This document shows, one piece after another, positions 8,159 to 17,636 of a stretch of DNA of 64,000 nt (its first letter is position 1; each line of letters opens with the position of its first letter). Where the stretch lies: the NCBI GenBank assembly GCA_017542465.1, contig JAFXXB010000040.1, positions 24,301-88,300 of the forward strand, written 5' to 3'. Origin of the DNA: Bacilli bacterium (GTDB taxonomy: Bacteria; Bacillota_I; Bacilli_A; RF39; UBA660). The notes below the pieces were generated by a model, which was given only the letters and a program-made list of their open reading frames with translations, was not told where the DNA came from and did no database searches. Made by a program: the position numbers and the translations under genes.

Positions 8159-8362
8159 ATGAAATACAATCCTGGAGATTTAGATCTAGAAAAAGTAAGA
8201 TTATTCTTGCAAGATTATTATGAATCAGCATATTTTGTTGGTATACCAGAAGCTAAGGAAGATTGGGAATTTGTTAAAAATGCTTCTGATGAAGAATTAT
8301 TAGAATTTATTAACAATTCTTCTTTTAATTATGAATTGTATAAAAATAAAACAAGAAAATAA
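8159..8362 (+). CDS. small acidic hypothetical protein, tightly coupled to 7144-8157
   Basis: The ATG lies 1 nt after the upstream TAA, with a GGGGGA RBS inside the upstream 3' end. The product is 67 aa with no TM and no motif I recognise. Confidence 0.5.
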   Translation: MKYNPGDLDLEKVRLFLQDYYESAYFVGIPEAKEDWEFVKNASDEELLEFINNSSFNYELYKNKTRK

Positions 8363-8382
8363 CTTATAGAGTTATTTTTTTT
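8359..8382 (+). terminator. rho-independent terminator
   Basis: ATAACT-tatag-AGTTAT followed by T8. Confidence 0.55.
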
Positions 8383-8418
8383 ATTTAATTATTATATAAT
8401 TAATGTAGGTGAATACTT

Positions 8419-9420
8419 ATGAAGAAGAATAAGACTGAAACTAAGAATTATATTAATTTACTTAAAGTAATTGCTATGTTGATGGTTGTAGCGATGCATG
8501 TAATATCTAAAGCTATGCCTAACTATCCTATAGATACTTTTATGTATAAGTTTATGTTATTTATAGATATACTCTTAAGAGCATCAGTTCCTATTTTTAT
8601 TCTAATAAGTGGATATTTATTACTTAATAAAAAATATAAATTAATAGATATTATATATAGATTATTAAAGTATTATATATTCTTTATTATATTTAATAGT
8701 TTATATATGTTATTAGATATGTCAGTTTTAAATAATAATCCTATAACTACTGATGGTATAAAGAATATTTTGATAAGTTCATTAACACTTAAGAGTATAT
8801 ATCAAATGTGGTATTTCCAATTAATCTTATTAACTTATGCATCAGTTCCTATATTCCAATTATTAATAGGCAAGAATAGTAAGTTATTAGATACAATAAC
8901 ACTTGTTGTATTAATACTATTATTCCAATTAATTCCTTGGTTTATACCTACATTCTATAATAACTACACATACTATTTAGTATTCTTAACTTATTTCTTC
9001 TTAGGTTATTATTTAAAGAAGTATGAGCTTAAATATATGAATATATTATTATTTGTATTATTCATAATTGGTTATGCCTTTACTTATATTAAATCTGTTA
9101 ATTTAGATCATAGTTATTATTATTTTAATTTTACTTTCTTTAATACAATGTTTGTAGCTTTATTCATATATAATGTATTCTCTAAATTTGAAAGTATATT
9201 AAAGAATGAAAAAGTAAATGCTACAATTAAGTATTTATCTAGTTATAACTTTTCCATATTTATATTCCATGGTTTAGTTATAGGTTTATTAACTAAGTTA
9301 AATGTAATAAATATATATGAATATAGTAATGTTTTTATGATTTTAGTAAATACTATTCTTGTATATTTATTTACTCTAGTTATATCTATAGGATTAAAGA
9401 AATTATTTAAAGAAATTTAA
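8419..9420 (+). CDS. acyltransferase family 3 membrane protein (O-acyltransferase)
   Basis: There are about 10 hydrophobic helices. The N-terminus 'INLLKVIAMLMVVAMHV' has the conserved His typical of the acyltransferase_3 family. Confidence 0.7.
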   Translation: MKKNKTETKNYINLLKVIAMLMVVAMHVISKAMPNYPIDTFMYKFMLFIDILLRASVPIFILISGYLLLNKKYKLIDIIYRLLKYYIFFIIFNSLYMLLDMSVLNNNPITTDGIKNILISSLTLKSIYQMWYFQLILLTYASVPIFQLLIGKNSKLLDTITLVVLILLFQLIPWFIPTFYNNYTYYLVFLTYFFLGYYLKKYELKYMNILLFVLFIIGYAFTYIKSVNLDHSYYYFNFTFFNTMFVALFIYNVFSKFESILKNEKVNATIKYLSSYNFSIFIFHGLVIGLLTKLNVINIYEYSNVFMILVNTILVYLFTLVISIGLKKLFKEI

Positions 9421-9480
9421 TAATTATTTATTGATTAATAATAATTATAGTGATATATTTTAGATAGAAGGATGATATGA

Positions 9481-9903
9481 ATGAAAAAGAAAACAGTTAT
9501 AATCATATCAACATTGTTGTTTACTTTAATAATGGGTTTAATATTTGCATGGAGGATTTATTTAATCACTCAGGATACCACAGGTATTTATTTATTACCT
9601 ACTGAGGATTTCTTAAGTTTCTTCTTAAATTATTTACCTGTATTAACAATAGTAATTACTGTTATTACTACATATGCTCGTAGAAAGATGGGATTGGTAT
9701 TCTCTGTAATAGCTTCAATCATGTCTGTTTTATCATTGGTTGTTGAATTAGTTATATTTATATGTAGATCATTAGATTTCAATGCTCCAGTTCCAAAGGC
9801 ATGCTTACCTTGGCTTGATATACCAATTATTATTATATGTGTAATATTATTTATTATTAAATTTAAAATATATACATTACCAAAGACAATTAAATTTAAA
9901 TAG
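9481..9903 (+). CDS. small integral membrane protein (about 4 TM), unknown function
   Basis: A GAAGGATGA RBS is present and there are four hydrophobic segments. I recognise no motif. Confidence 0.55.
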   Translation: MKKKTVIIISTLLFTLIMGLIFAWRIYLITQDTTGIYLLPTEDFLSFFLNYLPVLTIVITVITTYARRKMGLVFSVIASIMSVLSLVVELVIFICRSLDFNAPVPKACLPWLDIPIIIICVILFIIKFKIYTLPKTIKFK

Positions 9904-9911
9904 GAGACTAT

Positions 9912-11306
9912 ATGAAAAAGAAAGGCAATATTAAATATAAAATTATAAATTTTAGTATTATATTGTTTGTATTAATTATATGTGCTTATGTCATATATAG
10001 TCTTTTTTTTATGAATAAATTTAAAATTGATGATTTTGAAAAGGACTTAGTTATCAACTATGGAAGTGAATTTAAGTCTAGTCATAAAGTTTGTTATGGA
10101 AATAAAAATAAATGTGATGAGATAACTCCAACAATTGAAGGTGAAGTTGATTATAATACAATAGGTAAATATGAAGTTAAGTATACATATCATTATAATA
10201 AGAAAGAACTAGTGTTGGATCAAATTGTAGAAGTAAAAGATATATCTGGACCAGTTATAAATATTAAAAATGAATCTGAAATAATAGCTTGTCCAAATGG
10301 TAAAAATAATATAGAGATAGAAGTTACAGATAATTATGATTCTGAAGTCACTAATATTAATCAAAGATTAGAAGATAATAAGGTTATAATTGAAGCAATA
10401 GATTCAAATAATAATAAAACAATAACAGAAATAGAAGTAACAGTTAAAGATGAAGAAAAACCTAAGATAACTATAAATGGTAGCAAGAATTTAACACATA
10501 TTATAGGTACTAAATATTCTGATAAAGGCGCAACAGCCACAGATAACTGTGATGATAAAGTAGAAGTTAAAACATCAGGTGAAGTAAATAAAGATAAAGA
10601 AGGTACTTATACAATTACTTATTCTGCTGAGGATTCATCAGGAAATAAAAGTGAAGCAACAAGAAAAGTAACAGTTAAAGAAAAGACCCCTGGAACTAGA
10701 GTTATATATTTAACATTTGATGATGGACCATCTAAATATACAAATGAATTATTAGATGTATTAAAAAAATATAATGTTAAAGCAACATTCTTTGTTACAT
10801 GTAAGGGTGATGATTCAATTATTCAAAGAGAATATAATGAAGGACATACAGTAGCACTTCATACATGCTCTCATGTATATTCTCAAGTATATGCATCATA
10901 TGATGCTTATTTTAAAGATTTAAATAATGTTAAAGCAAGAGTTAAAAGATTAACAGGTTATAATGCAAATATTGTAAGATTTCCGGGTGGTACATCTAAT
11001 GCTAGATCTATAAGTCCAAATATATCTATGAAAACACTTGCAAGTAAAGTATTAAATAATGGATATTATTATTTTGATTGGAATATATCAAGTGGTGATG
11101 CAGGAGAAACAACATCGACTGATGTAGTATATTCTAATGTAGTTAATCATCTAAAATCTGGTACTTCTGTAGTATTACAACATGATACAAAAGGATATTC
11201 AGTAAAAGCTGTTGAACGTATAATTCAATATGGATTAGAAAATGGTTATACCTTTGAAAGATTAACTCCATCATCACCTAAAATAAGACATGGGGCTGGC
11301 CATTAG
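9912..11306 (+). CDS. membrane-anchored polysaccharide/peptidoglycan deacetylase (NodB domain) with Ig-like repeats
   Basis: An N-terminal TM is followed by DUF5011/Ig-like repeats ('KYSDKGATATDNCDDKVEVKTSGEVNKDKEGTYTITYSAEDSSGNKSEATRKVTV'). The NodB motifs are 'IYLTFDDGPS', 'HTVALHTCSH' and 'RFPGG'. Confidence 0.85.
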   Translation: MKKKGNIKYKIINFSIILFVLIICAYVIYSLFFMNKFKIDDFEKDLVINYGSEFKSSHKVCYGNKNKCDEITPTIEGEVDYNTIGKYEVKYTYHYNKKELVLDQIVEVKDISGPVINIKNESEIIACPNGKNNIEIEVTDNYDSEVTNINQRLEDNKVIIEAIDSNNNKTITEIEVTVKDEEKPKITINGSKNLTHIIGTKYSDKGATATDNCDDKVEVKTSGEVNKDKEGTYTITYSAEDSSGNKSEATRKVTVKEKTPGTRVIYLTFDDGPSKYTNELLDVLKKYNVKATFFVTCKGDDSIIQREYNEGHTVALHTCSHVYSQVYASYDAYFKDLNNVKARVKRLTGYNANIVRFPGGTSNARSISPNISMKTLASKVLNNGYYYFDWNISSGDAGETTSTDVVYSNVVNHLKSGTSVVLQHDTKGYSVKAVERIIQYGLENGYTFERLTPSSPKIRHGAGH

Positions 11307-11330
11307 AAAAAATGAGTCAACCCTTTTAAT

Positions 11331-11359
11331 TTGACAAAGAATATAATCAGTGATATTAT
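11331..11359 (+). promoter_or_regulatory. sigma-70-type promoter with extended -10
   Basis: TTGACA (11331-11336), 17 nt, then TGaTATTAT (TATTAT at 11354-11359). Confidence 0.65.
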
Positions 11360-11391
11360 GTTGTCGAATTTGAAGAGAGAGGAGTGAGAAC

Positions 11392-11478
11392 ATGATAGCA
11401 AATAAAACAAATTCAAAACAATTTATTTTTAGAGTATTTGAACAAATGGCTTGCGGGATTGTTCTCGCTTCATTTTAA
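11392..11478 (+). CDS. candidate 28-aa leader peptide upstream of the ABC exporter
   Basis: A strong RBS precedes it (GAGAGGAGTGAgaacATG). The product is 'MIANKTNSKQFIFRVFEQMACGIVLASF*'. It lies between a consensus promoter and an intrinsic terminator that precedes the ABC gene. Confidence 0.5.
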   Translation: MIANKTNSKQFIFRVFEQMACGIVLASF

Positions 11479-11508
11479 CTTTTTAGTGTATAAAAATATA
11501 TAATTGTT

Positions 11509-11539
11509 AAAGGAGTCATTTGTATGGCTCCTTTTTTTG
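11509..11539 (+). terminator. intrinsic terminator / candidate attenuator between the leader ORF and the ABC exporter
   Basis: AGGAGTCAT-ttgt-ATGGCTCCT (one G-T pair) followed by T7. It lies about 20 nt upstream of the ABC start codon and inside the track's spurious N-terminal extension. Confidence 0.65.
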
Positions 11540-11561
11540 TTGGAAAGAAGAAGGTGGTCAT

Positions 11562-13295
11562 ATGAAAAAGTTAGATAGTTTTAAATTACTTTTTAAGTAT
11601 TTAAATAAAGATAAATTTAAAATGATTATCTATATACTCTTAGTATTATCAACCTATGTACCAGTTTTATCGGCCGCCTATTTTTGGGGTAAGGGCTTAG
11701 AGAACTTATTATCAAATAATTTCATTTGGTTTGTTATATACGTGGGTATATGGACATTTATTTATATTTTATGTTTTACCATTTTTCAAATATTCAGAGA
11801 TAAATTATACAATTATTTAGAGATTAAATTTACAAAGAATGTATCAATTGATTTATACAATAAGATTGATAAGTTACCTGCTATAGCTTTTGAGGATATT
11901 GGGGTTGGAGAGTTTATTAATAGACTTCATAATGATACAGATAGAATTATGTCTTTATTAAGTCAATTAATTAAATTAGCCTGTAAGTCATTAGCTATTA
12001 TAGCTGTATTAATATTATCATTTAAGATTTCATGGATTCTTGGTGTTGAGATATTAACTTTTGGCCTAGTAATGGGCTTTATATCAACGTACTTTTTCCC
12101 TAAAATTAAGAAGACTCAAGAAAACATTAAAACAGAATCAGATGAGTATGTTAAGAAAGCTACAGAGAATATTACAGGAATAAGAGAGATTAAAGCATTA
12201 GGTATAAAGGACATCATTGAGTGTGATATTAAAAACGTATTAGATAACTTATTTAAACATGAGAAAGATATTAGATCATATGAAGTAATATACTATGCAT
12301 TAAATAACTTAATATATTTCTTATTAAACTTTATGATTTATTTCACTGCTGGTAAGTTTTTACTAGAAGGAAATATAACATATGCATTATTTACTATGCT
12401 TGATTCATATATATGGAGAATTGATGAGGTCGTTGAGTCTATTTCAGACTTTGGTGTATCCTTCAATAAAGTATCTGTTTCTTTAAAACGTATTGATGAG
12501 ATAGTAAATAATAGATTATATGAAGATGAACAATTTGGTACAATGGAATTGAGAAAAACTAAAGGTGTCATTGAATTTAAAGATGTTAAATTTAAGTATA
12601 GAGAAGATGAAGATTACACATTAAAAGGATTAAACTTAAAGGTTGAACCAAATAAAAAGACTGCCATTGTTGGTAGATCTGGAAATGGTAAATCAACATT
12701 ATTTAACCTATTATTAAGATACTTTGATGCATCTATTGGTGAAATCACTATTGATGGAATAAATATAAAAGAATTATCTGAGAAATCATTAAGATCAAAT
12801 GTATCAATAATCAGACAAACTCCATTCTTATTTAATGTTTCTATTTTAGATAACTTTAGATATGTTAAGAAAAATGTATCTCTAAGACAAGTAAGAGAAG
12901 TATGTAAGAAAGCCTATATTGATGATTATATTATGTCATTACCAAATGGTTATAACACTATAATTGGTGAAGGTGGAGTTAACTTATCAGGTGGTCAAAA
13001 ACAAAGAATAGCTATCGCAAGAACATTATTATTGAACACTAAGATTATATTATTTGATGAAGCAACATCTGCATTGGATAATGAATCACAAGAGTATATT
13101 AAGAAGACTATAGATTCTTTAGTTAAAGATCATACAATAATTATAGTTGCTCACCGTTTATCAACTATTGTAGATGCTGATGTAATTAACGTTATTGATA
13201 AGGGTAGACTTGCTGCTTCTGGTACTCATGATGAATTGTTAATTAACTCTAAAGTATATAACAAATTATATACAAATGAATCTTCAAATTCATAA
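11562..13295 (+). CDS. ABC exporter, fused permease/ATPase (MsbA/LmrA/BmrCD type)
   Basis: I moved the start to ATG 11562, behind GAAGGTGG. A six-TM domain is followed by an NBD with Walker A 'GRSGNGKST', signature 'LSGGQKQR' and Walker B 'ILFDEATSALD', then 'AHRLST'. Confidence 0.9.
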   Translation: MKKLDSFKLLFKYLNKDKFKMIIYILLVLSTYVPVLSAAYFWGKGLENLLSNNFIWFVIYVGIWTFIYILCFTIFQIFRDKLYNYLEIKFTKNVSIDLYNKIDKLPAIAFEDIGVGEFINRLHNDTDRIMSLLSQLIKLACKSLAIIAVLILSFKISWILGVEILTFGLVMGFISTYFFPKIKKTQENIKTESDEYVKKATENITGIREIKALGIKDIIECDIKNVLDNLFKHEKDIRSYEVIYYALNNLIYFLLNFMIYFTAGKFLLEGNITYALFTMLDSYIWRIDEVVESISDFGVSFNKVSVSLKRIDEIVNNRLYEDEQFGTMELRKTKGVIEFKDVKFKYREDEDYTLKGLNLKVEPNKKTAIVGRSGNGKSTLFNLLLRYFDASIGEITIDGINIKELSEKSLRSNVSIIRQTPFLFNVSILDNFRYVKKNVSLRQVREVCKKAYIDDYIMSLPNGYNTIIGEGGVNLSGGQKQRIAIARTLLLNTKIILFDEATSALDNESQEYIKKTIDSLVKDHTIIIVAHRLSTIVDADVINVIDKGRLAASGTHDELLINSKVYNKLYTNESSNS

Positions 13296-13324
13296 GAAGA
13301 AGTGTAATGCTTCTTCTTTTTTTT
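13294..13324 (+). terminator. rho-independent terminator
   Basis: AAGAAGAAG-tgtaatg-CTTCTTCTT followed by a T-run. Confidence 0.75.
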
Positions 13325-13370
13325 ATATATTTATAATGATATAATATAAATGAAATAAAGGGTGATAAGA

Positions 13371-15488
13371 ATGTATTGCGGTAATTGTGGAAACAAGAAT
13401 GAAGAAGGAGCTTTATTTTGTTCTAACTGTGGAACAAAAATAGAAAAGCTAGTTGAAGTAAAAGAAGAAAAGAAAGAGGAAGTTAAGGTAGTTGAACCAG
13501 TTCAACCTGTACAACCACAACCTCCGGTTCAACCAGTAAATAATAATTCTGGAATGCCTATGTGGCAAAAACTTGTTATTGTTGGTTTATTATTATTTTT
13601 AATATTTATATTAATTATAATAATAGTAGTTGTAGCTATATTAAAACCTGGTAATAATCCGACTAAAAAGAGAGGCAACCAAGCAGATACTCGTACAGTT
13701 ATGATTTATATAGATGGAAGTAACTTAGAGACTGATGCTGGTATTGTTACAAGTGAATTAAATGCCATTAAACCTGAAACCATAGATTTAGATAAAGTTA
13801 ATATCTTATTATATACAGGTGGAACATCTAAATGGCATAACTTTATTAAGAATAATGAAAATGCTATTTATAAATTAACTAAAGATGGATTTGAGAAGGT
13901 TGAAACATATCAAAAGAAAAATATGGGTGATCCTTCTACACTTTCAGAATTCTTAAATTATGCTTATGATAATTATAGTGCTGGACATTATAATTTAGTT
14001 TTATATAATCATGGTGGAGCTATAGATGGTGCAATATATGATGATTTTACTCGTGATAACTTAACACTTGAAGATTTCCATAAAGCATTAAAAGATAGTA
14101 GATTTAATGAAAATAATAAGATGGATGCTGTAATATTCAGAACTTGTTTAAACGGTACTCTTGAAGTAGCAAGTGTATTTGATGATTATGCAGATTATAT
14201 AGTATTCTCAGAAGAAATTACTTTAGGATCAGGAATGTCTAATGTATTAGGATATTTCTTAAATGGAATTGATTCTACATCTGATGGAGCTAAGATAGGT
14301 GAAAAGTTTATTGATGGATATAATAAACAAATGGAAGATATAGATATTCTTGGTACTCAAGCTGTAACTTATTCAATTATTGATTTATCTAAAGTTAAAC
14401 CTTTAATAAATAAATTAGATAGTTATATGACTACAATAGATTTAAAGAATAATTATAAAGAAATATCAACAATTAGAAATGGATTATATCAATATGGTAA
14501 AGTTGAACCATCATATGATACTATTGATTTAAAAGAATTTATAAAAGAAGTTAAACCATATGCTACAGGAGATGCAGATGATTTAATAAAGAGTATAGAT
14601 GAAGCTATAGTTAAGAATAATACTAACTTATCTAAGTCTCATGGTTTATCTGTTTACTTCCCTTATAATGGTAAAGCACAAATAATTCAAAGATTTATTA
14701 ATGTATATAATAAATTAGAGTTCTCTAAGAACTATCAATCATTCATTAGTTCATTCATTACTGCTAAGGGTCAAACATCATCATTTAATTATAACTTAAC
14801 AACTAATGAATCAACTGTTACTAATGATAAAGAAGTAACATTACAATTAACAGATGAACAAAAGAGTAATATTGTAAGAAGTGCTTACTATGTATTTAGA
14901 AGAGAAGAAGAAAAAGATAGAAAACAATATTACCAAATGGTATATGCATCTAATAATTCAACAATTGATAATGGTGTAGTATCGACTCACTTTAATAATA
15001 AACTTGTAACAATAAGGGAAGAAGGAGATACAGAATATCAATACATATGTGTTATAGATGAAATAAATGATAATAACAGCAAGAAATCAGTAGGTGCTAC
15101 TATTATAGATACTGATGAAGATGTATTAAGTGATAGTAGAAGAGTATCAGCTGATTTACTTATTGAAGATCATGATGGAACTCCTAAGTTTGGTAAGATG
15201 GAATTGATGTCTAGAGATGAAAGAGTGCAAGGAGTTTTATATGATACTTCTAAATATGAAAAAATCCAAATAATGAAGACTTCACCTAAAGTATTAGATG
15301 ATAAAGGTAAAGTAATGGATAACAGTAAATGGACATTCCCTAAAGTAAGATATGGTTTTGAAGGATCATTAGATAAGATTAAACTTGAGTATACCGGATT
15401 AGATGATGGAGAATTCTATGTATTATTCTTCTTATTTGACTACAATGGAAATAGATATTTATCTGATTTAATAAAGGTTGGTGAATAA
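13371..15488 (+). CDS. membrane-anchored clostripain-like (C11) cysteine peptidase with an N-terminal cytoplasmic zinc ribbon
   Basis: The zinc ribbon is 'MYCGNCGNKNEEGALFCSNCG'. A Pro/Gln linker ('PVQPVQPQPPVQPV') and a TM follow. The C11 motifs are 'RTVMIYIDGSNLE', 'LYNHGGAIDG' (His) and 'VIFRTCLNG' (Cys). Confidence 0.75.
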   Translation: MYCGNCGNKNEEGALFCSNCGTKIEKLVEVKEEKKEEVKVVEPVQPVQPQPPVQPVNNNSGMPMWQKLVIVGLLLFLIFILIIIIVVVAILKPGNNPTKKRGNQADTRTVMIYIDGSNLETDAGIVTSELNAIKPETIDLDKVNILLYTGGTSKWHNFIKNNENAIYKLTKDGFEKVETYQKKNMGDPSTLSEFLNYAYDNYSAGHYNLVLYNHGGAIDGAIYDDFTRDNLTLEDFHKALKDSRFNENNKMDAVIFRTCLNGTLEVASVFDDYADYIVFSEEITLGSGMSNVLGYFLNGIDSTSDGAKIGEKFIDGYNKQMEDIDILGTQAVTYSIIDLSKVKPLINKLDSYMTTIDLKNNYKEISTIRNGLYQYGKVEPSYDTIDLKEFIKEVKPYATGDADDLIKSIDEAIVKNNTNLSKSHGLSVYFPYNGKAQIIQRFINVYNKLEFSKNYQSFISSFITAKGQTSSFNYNLTTNESTVTNDKEVTLQLTDEQKSNIVRSAYYVFRREEEKDRKQYYQMVYASNNSTIDNGVVSTHFNNKLVTIREEGDTEYQYICVIDEINDNNSKKSVGATIIDTDEDVLSDSRRVSADLLIEDHDGTPKFGKMELMSRDERVQGVLYDTSKYEKIQIMKTSPKVLDDKGKVMDNSKWTFPKVRYGFEGSLDKIKLEYTGLDDGEFYVLFFLFDYNGNRYLSDLIKVGE

Positions 15489-15489
15489 T

Positions 15490-16428
15490 ATGTTTTGTAA
15501 TAAATGTGGAAATGAAATAAAAGAAAATGAAAAGTTTTGTAATAAATGTGGTGAAGCAGTAACTGCGCAAAATGCTGCTCAGCCACAAACAACAGAACCA
15601 AAGAAGTCAAATATAGGATTAATAATAGGAATTGTTTTAGGATTATTACTATTATTAATAATTGTAATAATTGCAATTATAGTAGTAGCTTTATTATTTT
15701 TTAGAAATGATAAAAAACAATCAACTGTAACAACAACTACAGGAGAAGTTACAACTACAACAGCTGCAAGCATGGATGATGATAAAAAAGAAGGAAAAGT
15801 AAAAGAATTAGATTTTACTAATGTATCATTTAAACCTGAAGACAATAATGAAGAAACAAAGAATATAGAGTTTGTATCAGGATTCATGGGAAAAGAAGGA
15901 TATCAAGGTGCATCAAGATATGCTTATATTGGTGTAATTAATAAGAATAAAACAAATCAAGACATTTGGATTTATATTAACTATTATAAAGACGGAACAA
16001 GAATTGGATCTGACAGTGCAATAACTTCATTTGTTAAACCAAATGTATTAACTGTTATTGATGTTAATTTAAAACCAAAAGATGAATATGATAAATTTGA
16101 TATCACAGTTAAAACAACTCCTGGGGATAGTTATATGGTAGATGTACCTGTTACAGATAAAAACTTCAAGGCAATAAATACAGATAAAAAGAAAGCTGAT
16201 AGTTATGGTACATTCACAAATGATTCTAAGAATAAAGTATATGGATATGCAGCATGCGCTAGATATAAAGATGATAAATTAGTTTACTTACATAGAGGTT
16301 ATCTAGGAGAAGTTGAAGTAGGTAAAAAGAAAGAATGTACTTGTTATGAAGTGGATTTACCTGAAGGACTTGAATATAATAAAACTGAATGTTCATTATA
16401 TAACGTTTATTACACTGATGGTGAATAG
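15490..16428 (+). CDS. zinc-ribbon / TM / extracellular-domain protein, unknown function
   Basis: ATG 15490 lies 2 nt after the upstream stop. The zinc ribbon is 'MFCNKCGNEIKENEKFCNKCG'. The juxtamembrane segment 'PKKSNIGLIIGIVLGLLLLLII' and a Thr-rich linker follow, then a ~200-aa Cys-containing ectodomain. Confidence 0.65.
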   Translation: MFCNKCGNEIKENEKFCNKCGEAVTAQNAAQPQTTEPKKSNIGLIIGIVLGLLLLLIIVIIAIIVVALLFFRNDKKQSTVTTTTGEVTTTTAASMDDDKKEGKVKELDFTNVSFKPEDNNEETKNIEFVSGFMGKEGYQGASRYAYIGVINKNKTNQDIWIYINYYKDGTRIGSDSAITSFVKPNVLTVIDVNLKPKDEYDKFDITVKTTPGDSYMVDVPVTDKNFKAINTDKKKADSYGTFTNDSKNKVYGYAACARYKDDKLVYLHRGYLGEVEVGKKKECTCYEVDLPEGLEYNKTECSLYNVYYTDGE

Positions 16429-16514
16429 AAAATTATAAGAGAATAATAAAAAAAATATTTTATTATTCTTTTTATTATGATAAAATGTTAGTTAGAATAG
16501 GAAGGAAATGAAAT

Positions 16515-17636
16515 ATGGAAGAAAATAATTTTGAAATAAAAAATGATACTACTCCAGTAGAACCAACTGCAGAAGCACCAGTTGAACCAGTTGCTCCTGA
16601 AACTCCAGTTGAACCTGCTGAACCAGTTGCTCCAGTAGTAGATGAGCAACCAGTAGAAGCTGCTCCAGTTCAAGAAGAGATATCTACTCCACCTGTAACT
16701 GAAGAAGCACCAGTAGAGCCTGTTGTTCCTGAAGCACCAGTTGAACCTGCTGAACCAGTTGCTCCACAAGCACCTGCAGAACCAGTTATGCCTGCAGAAC
16801 CTAGTGCAACATCAGCTATACCAGTTCAACCAGTTGCTGAACAAGCTCCTCAAGGAGTTGTTGAACAACCACCTAAAAAGAAAGGAAGCTCTGCTGCATT
16901 TATAATTATAGTAATTATTCTTGTACTTGCTATATGTGGTTTAGGTGTTGGATTAATAGTTCTAGCTATTACTAATGCTAATGCTGGTAAAGTAACACCA
17001 ACAACTACAACAACTGAAACTACTACATTACCTACAGGAACATCTACAATACCTGTAACAACACAAGAAAATACTACTACATTACAAAGAACAACAAGAA
17101 GTATTGATACACCAACACCAACAAGTGTTGATGATACAACTATTAAAGTTGGATACTATGATTTACCAGTTCCAACTGGATATCAAATTTATAAGAATAA
17201 TTCATCTTATCCAATAATAGTTAATAAGACTAAGAAAGTACAATTATCTTTCTACTATAATGGTTCAATATCTTATAGCAGATTAGTTGCAAATCCTGAT
17301 AAAGCTATCAAGGATTTACAATCACAAGGATGCACAGTTAAAGATGCTGCTTCTGGTACTGTTGGAAATCATGCATGGATGTTATTCTTATTAGATTATC
17401 CTGGAACTCCAGATGGATATGAATATGTATATGGTATCACTTCATTATCAAGTGGTATTATGGAAACAGCAATTCTTTTACCAGCTACTGGTGATTTAGA
17501 AGAAGTTGTTAAAGATGTTAATACTATGTTAGATAATGCTAAGTCTGGATCAAGTTCATTTGCTCCAAGCATTAGTGAATCTGAAGACATTAATTCAAAA
17601 TCATTAGATAACTTAGATTCTAGATTATTTGAATAA
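16515..17636 (+). CDS. Pro-rich-head / TM / Thr-rich / extracellular-domain protein, unknown function
   Basis: The N-terminus 'MEENN...' is followed by about 110 aa of PVEP/AEPVAP repeats, then 'PPKKKGSSAAFIIIVIILVLAI' (TM), a Thr-rich linker and a ~190-aa ectodomain. Confidence 0.65.
   Translation: MEENNFEIKNDTTPVEPTAEAPVEPVAPETPVEPAEPVAPVVDEQPVEAAPVQEEISTPPVTEEAPVEPVVPEAPVEPAEPVAPQAPAEPVMPAEPSATSAIPVQPVAEQAPQGVVEQPPKKKGSSAAFIIIVIILVLAICGLGVGLIVLAITNANAGKVTPTTTTTETTTLPTGTSTIPVTTQENTTTLQRTTRSIDTPTPTSVDDTTIKVGYYDLPVPTGYQIYKNNSSYPIIVNKTKKVQLSFYYNGSISYSRLVANPDKAIKDLQSQGCTVKDAASGTVGNHAWMLFLLDYPGTPDGYEYVYGITSLSSGIMETAILLPATGDLEEVVKDVNTMLDNAKSGSSSFAPSISESEDINSKSLDNLDSRLFE
16575..16766 (+). repeat. 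imperfect ~60-nt direct repeat (two copies) inside the Pro-rich coding region
   Basis: 16575-16634 and 16707-16766 both end in the identical 30-mer 'ccagttgaacctgctgaaccagttgctcca', which encodes PVEPAEPVAP. Confidence 0.8.

Noticed and set aside
11520-11561. N-terminal extensions suggested by the ORF track. These affect the ABC exporter (11520) and also 2306, 3148, 6437, 7138, 13362, 15478, 20285, 20861, 29181, 31444, 35390, 37896, 38218, 41471, 42556, 57901, 58566, 59941 and 62557.
   Set aside because: The extended starts are GTG/TTG or upstream ATG codons lying inside RBSs, terminators, promoters or the preceding gene. In each case an internal ATG with a properly spaced SD gives a canonical N-terminus (signal peptide, zinc ribbon, or the conserved protein start).
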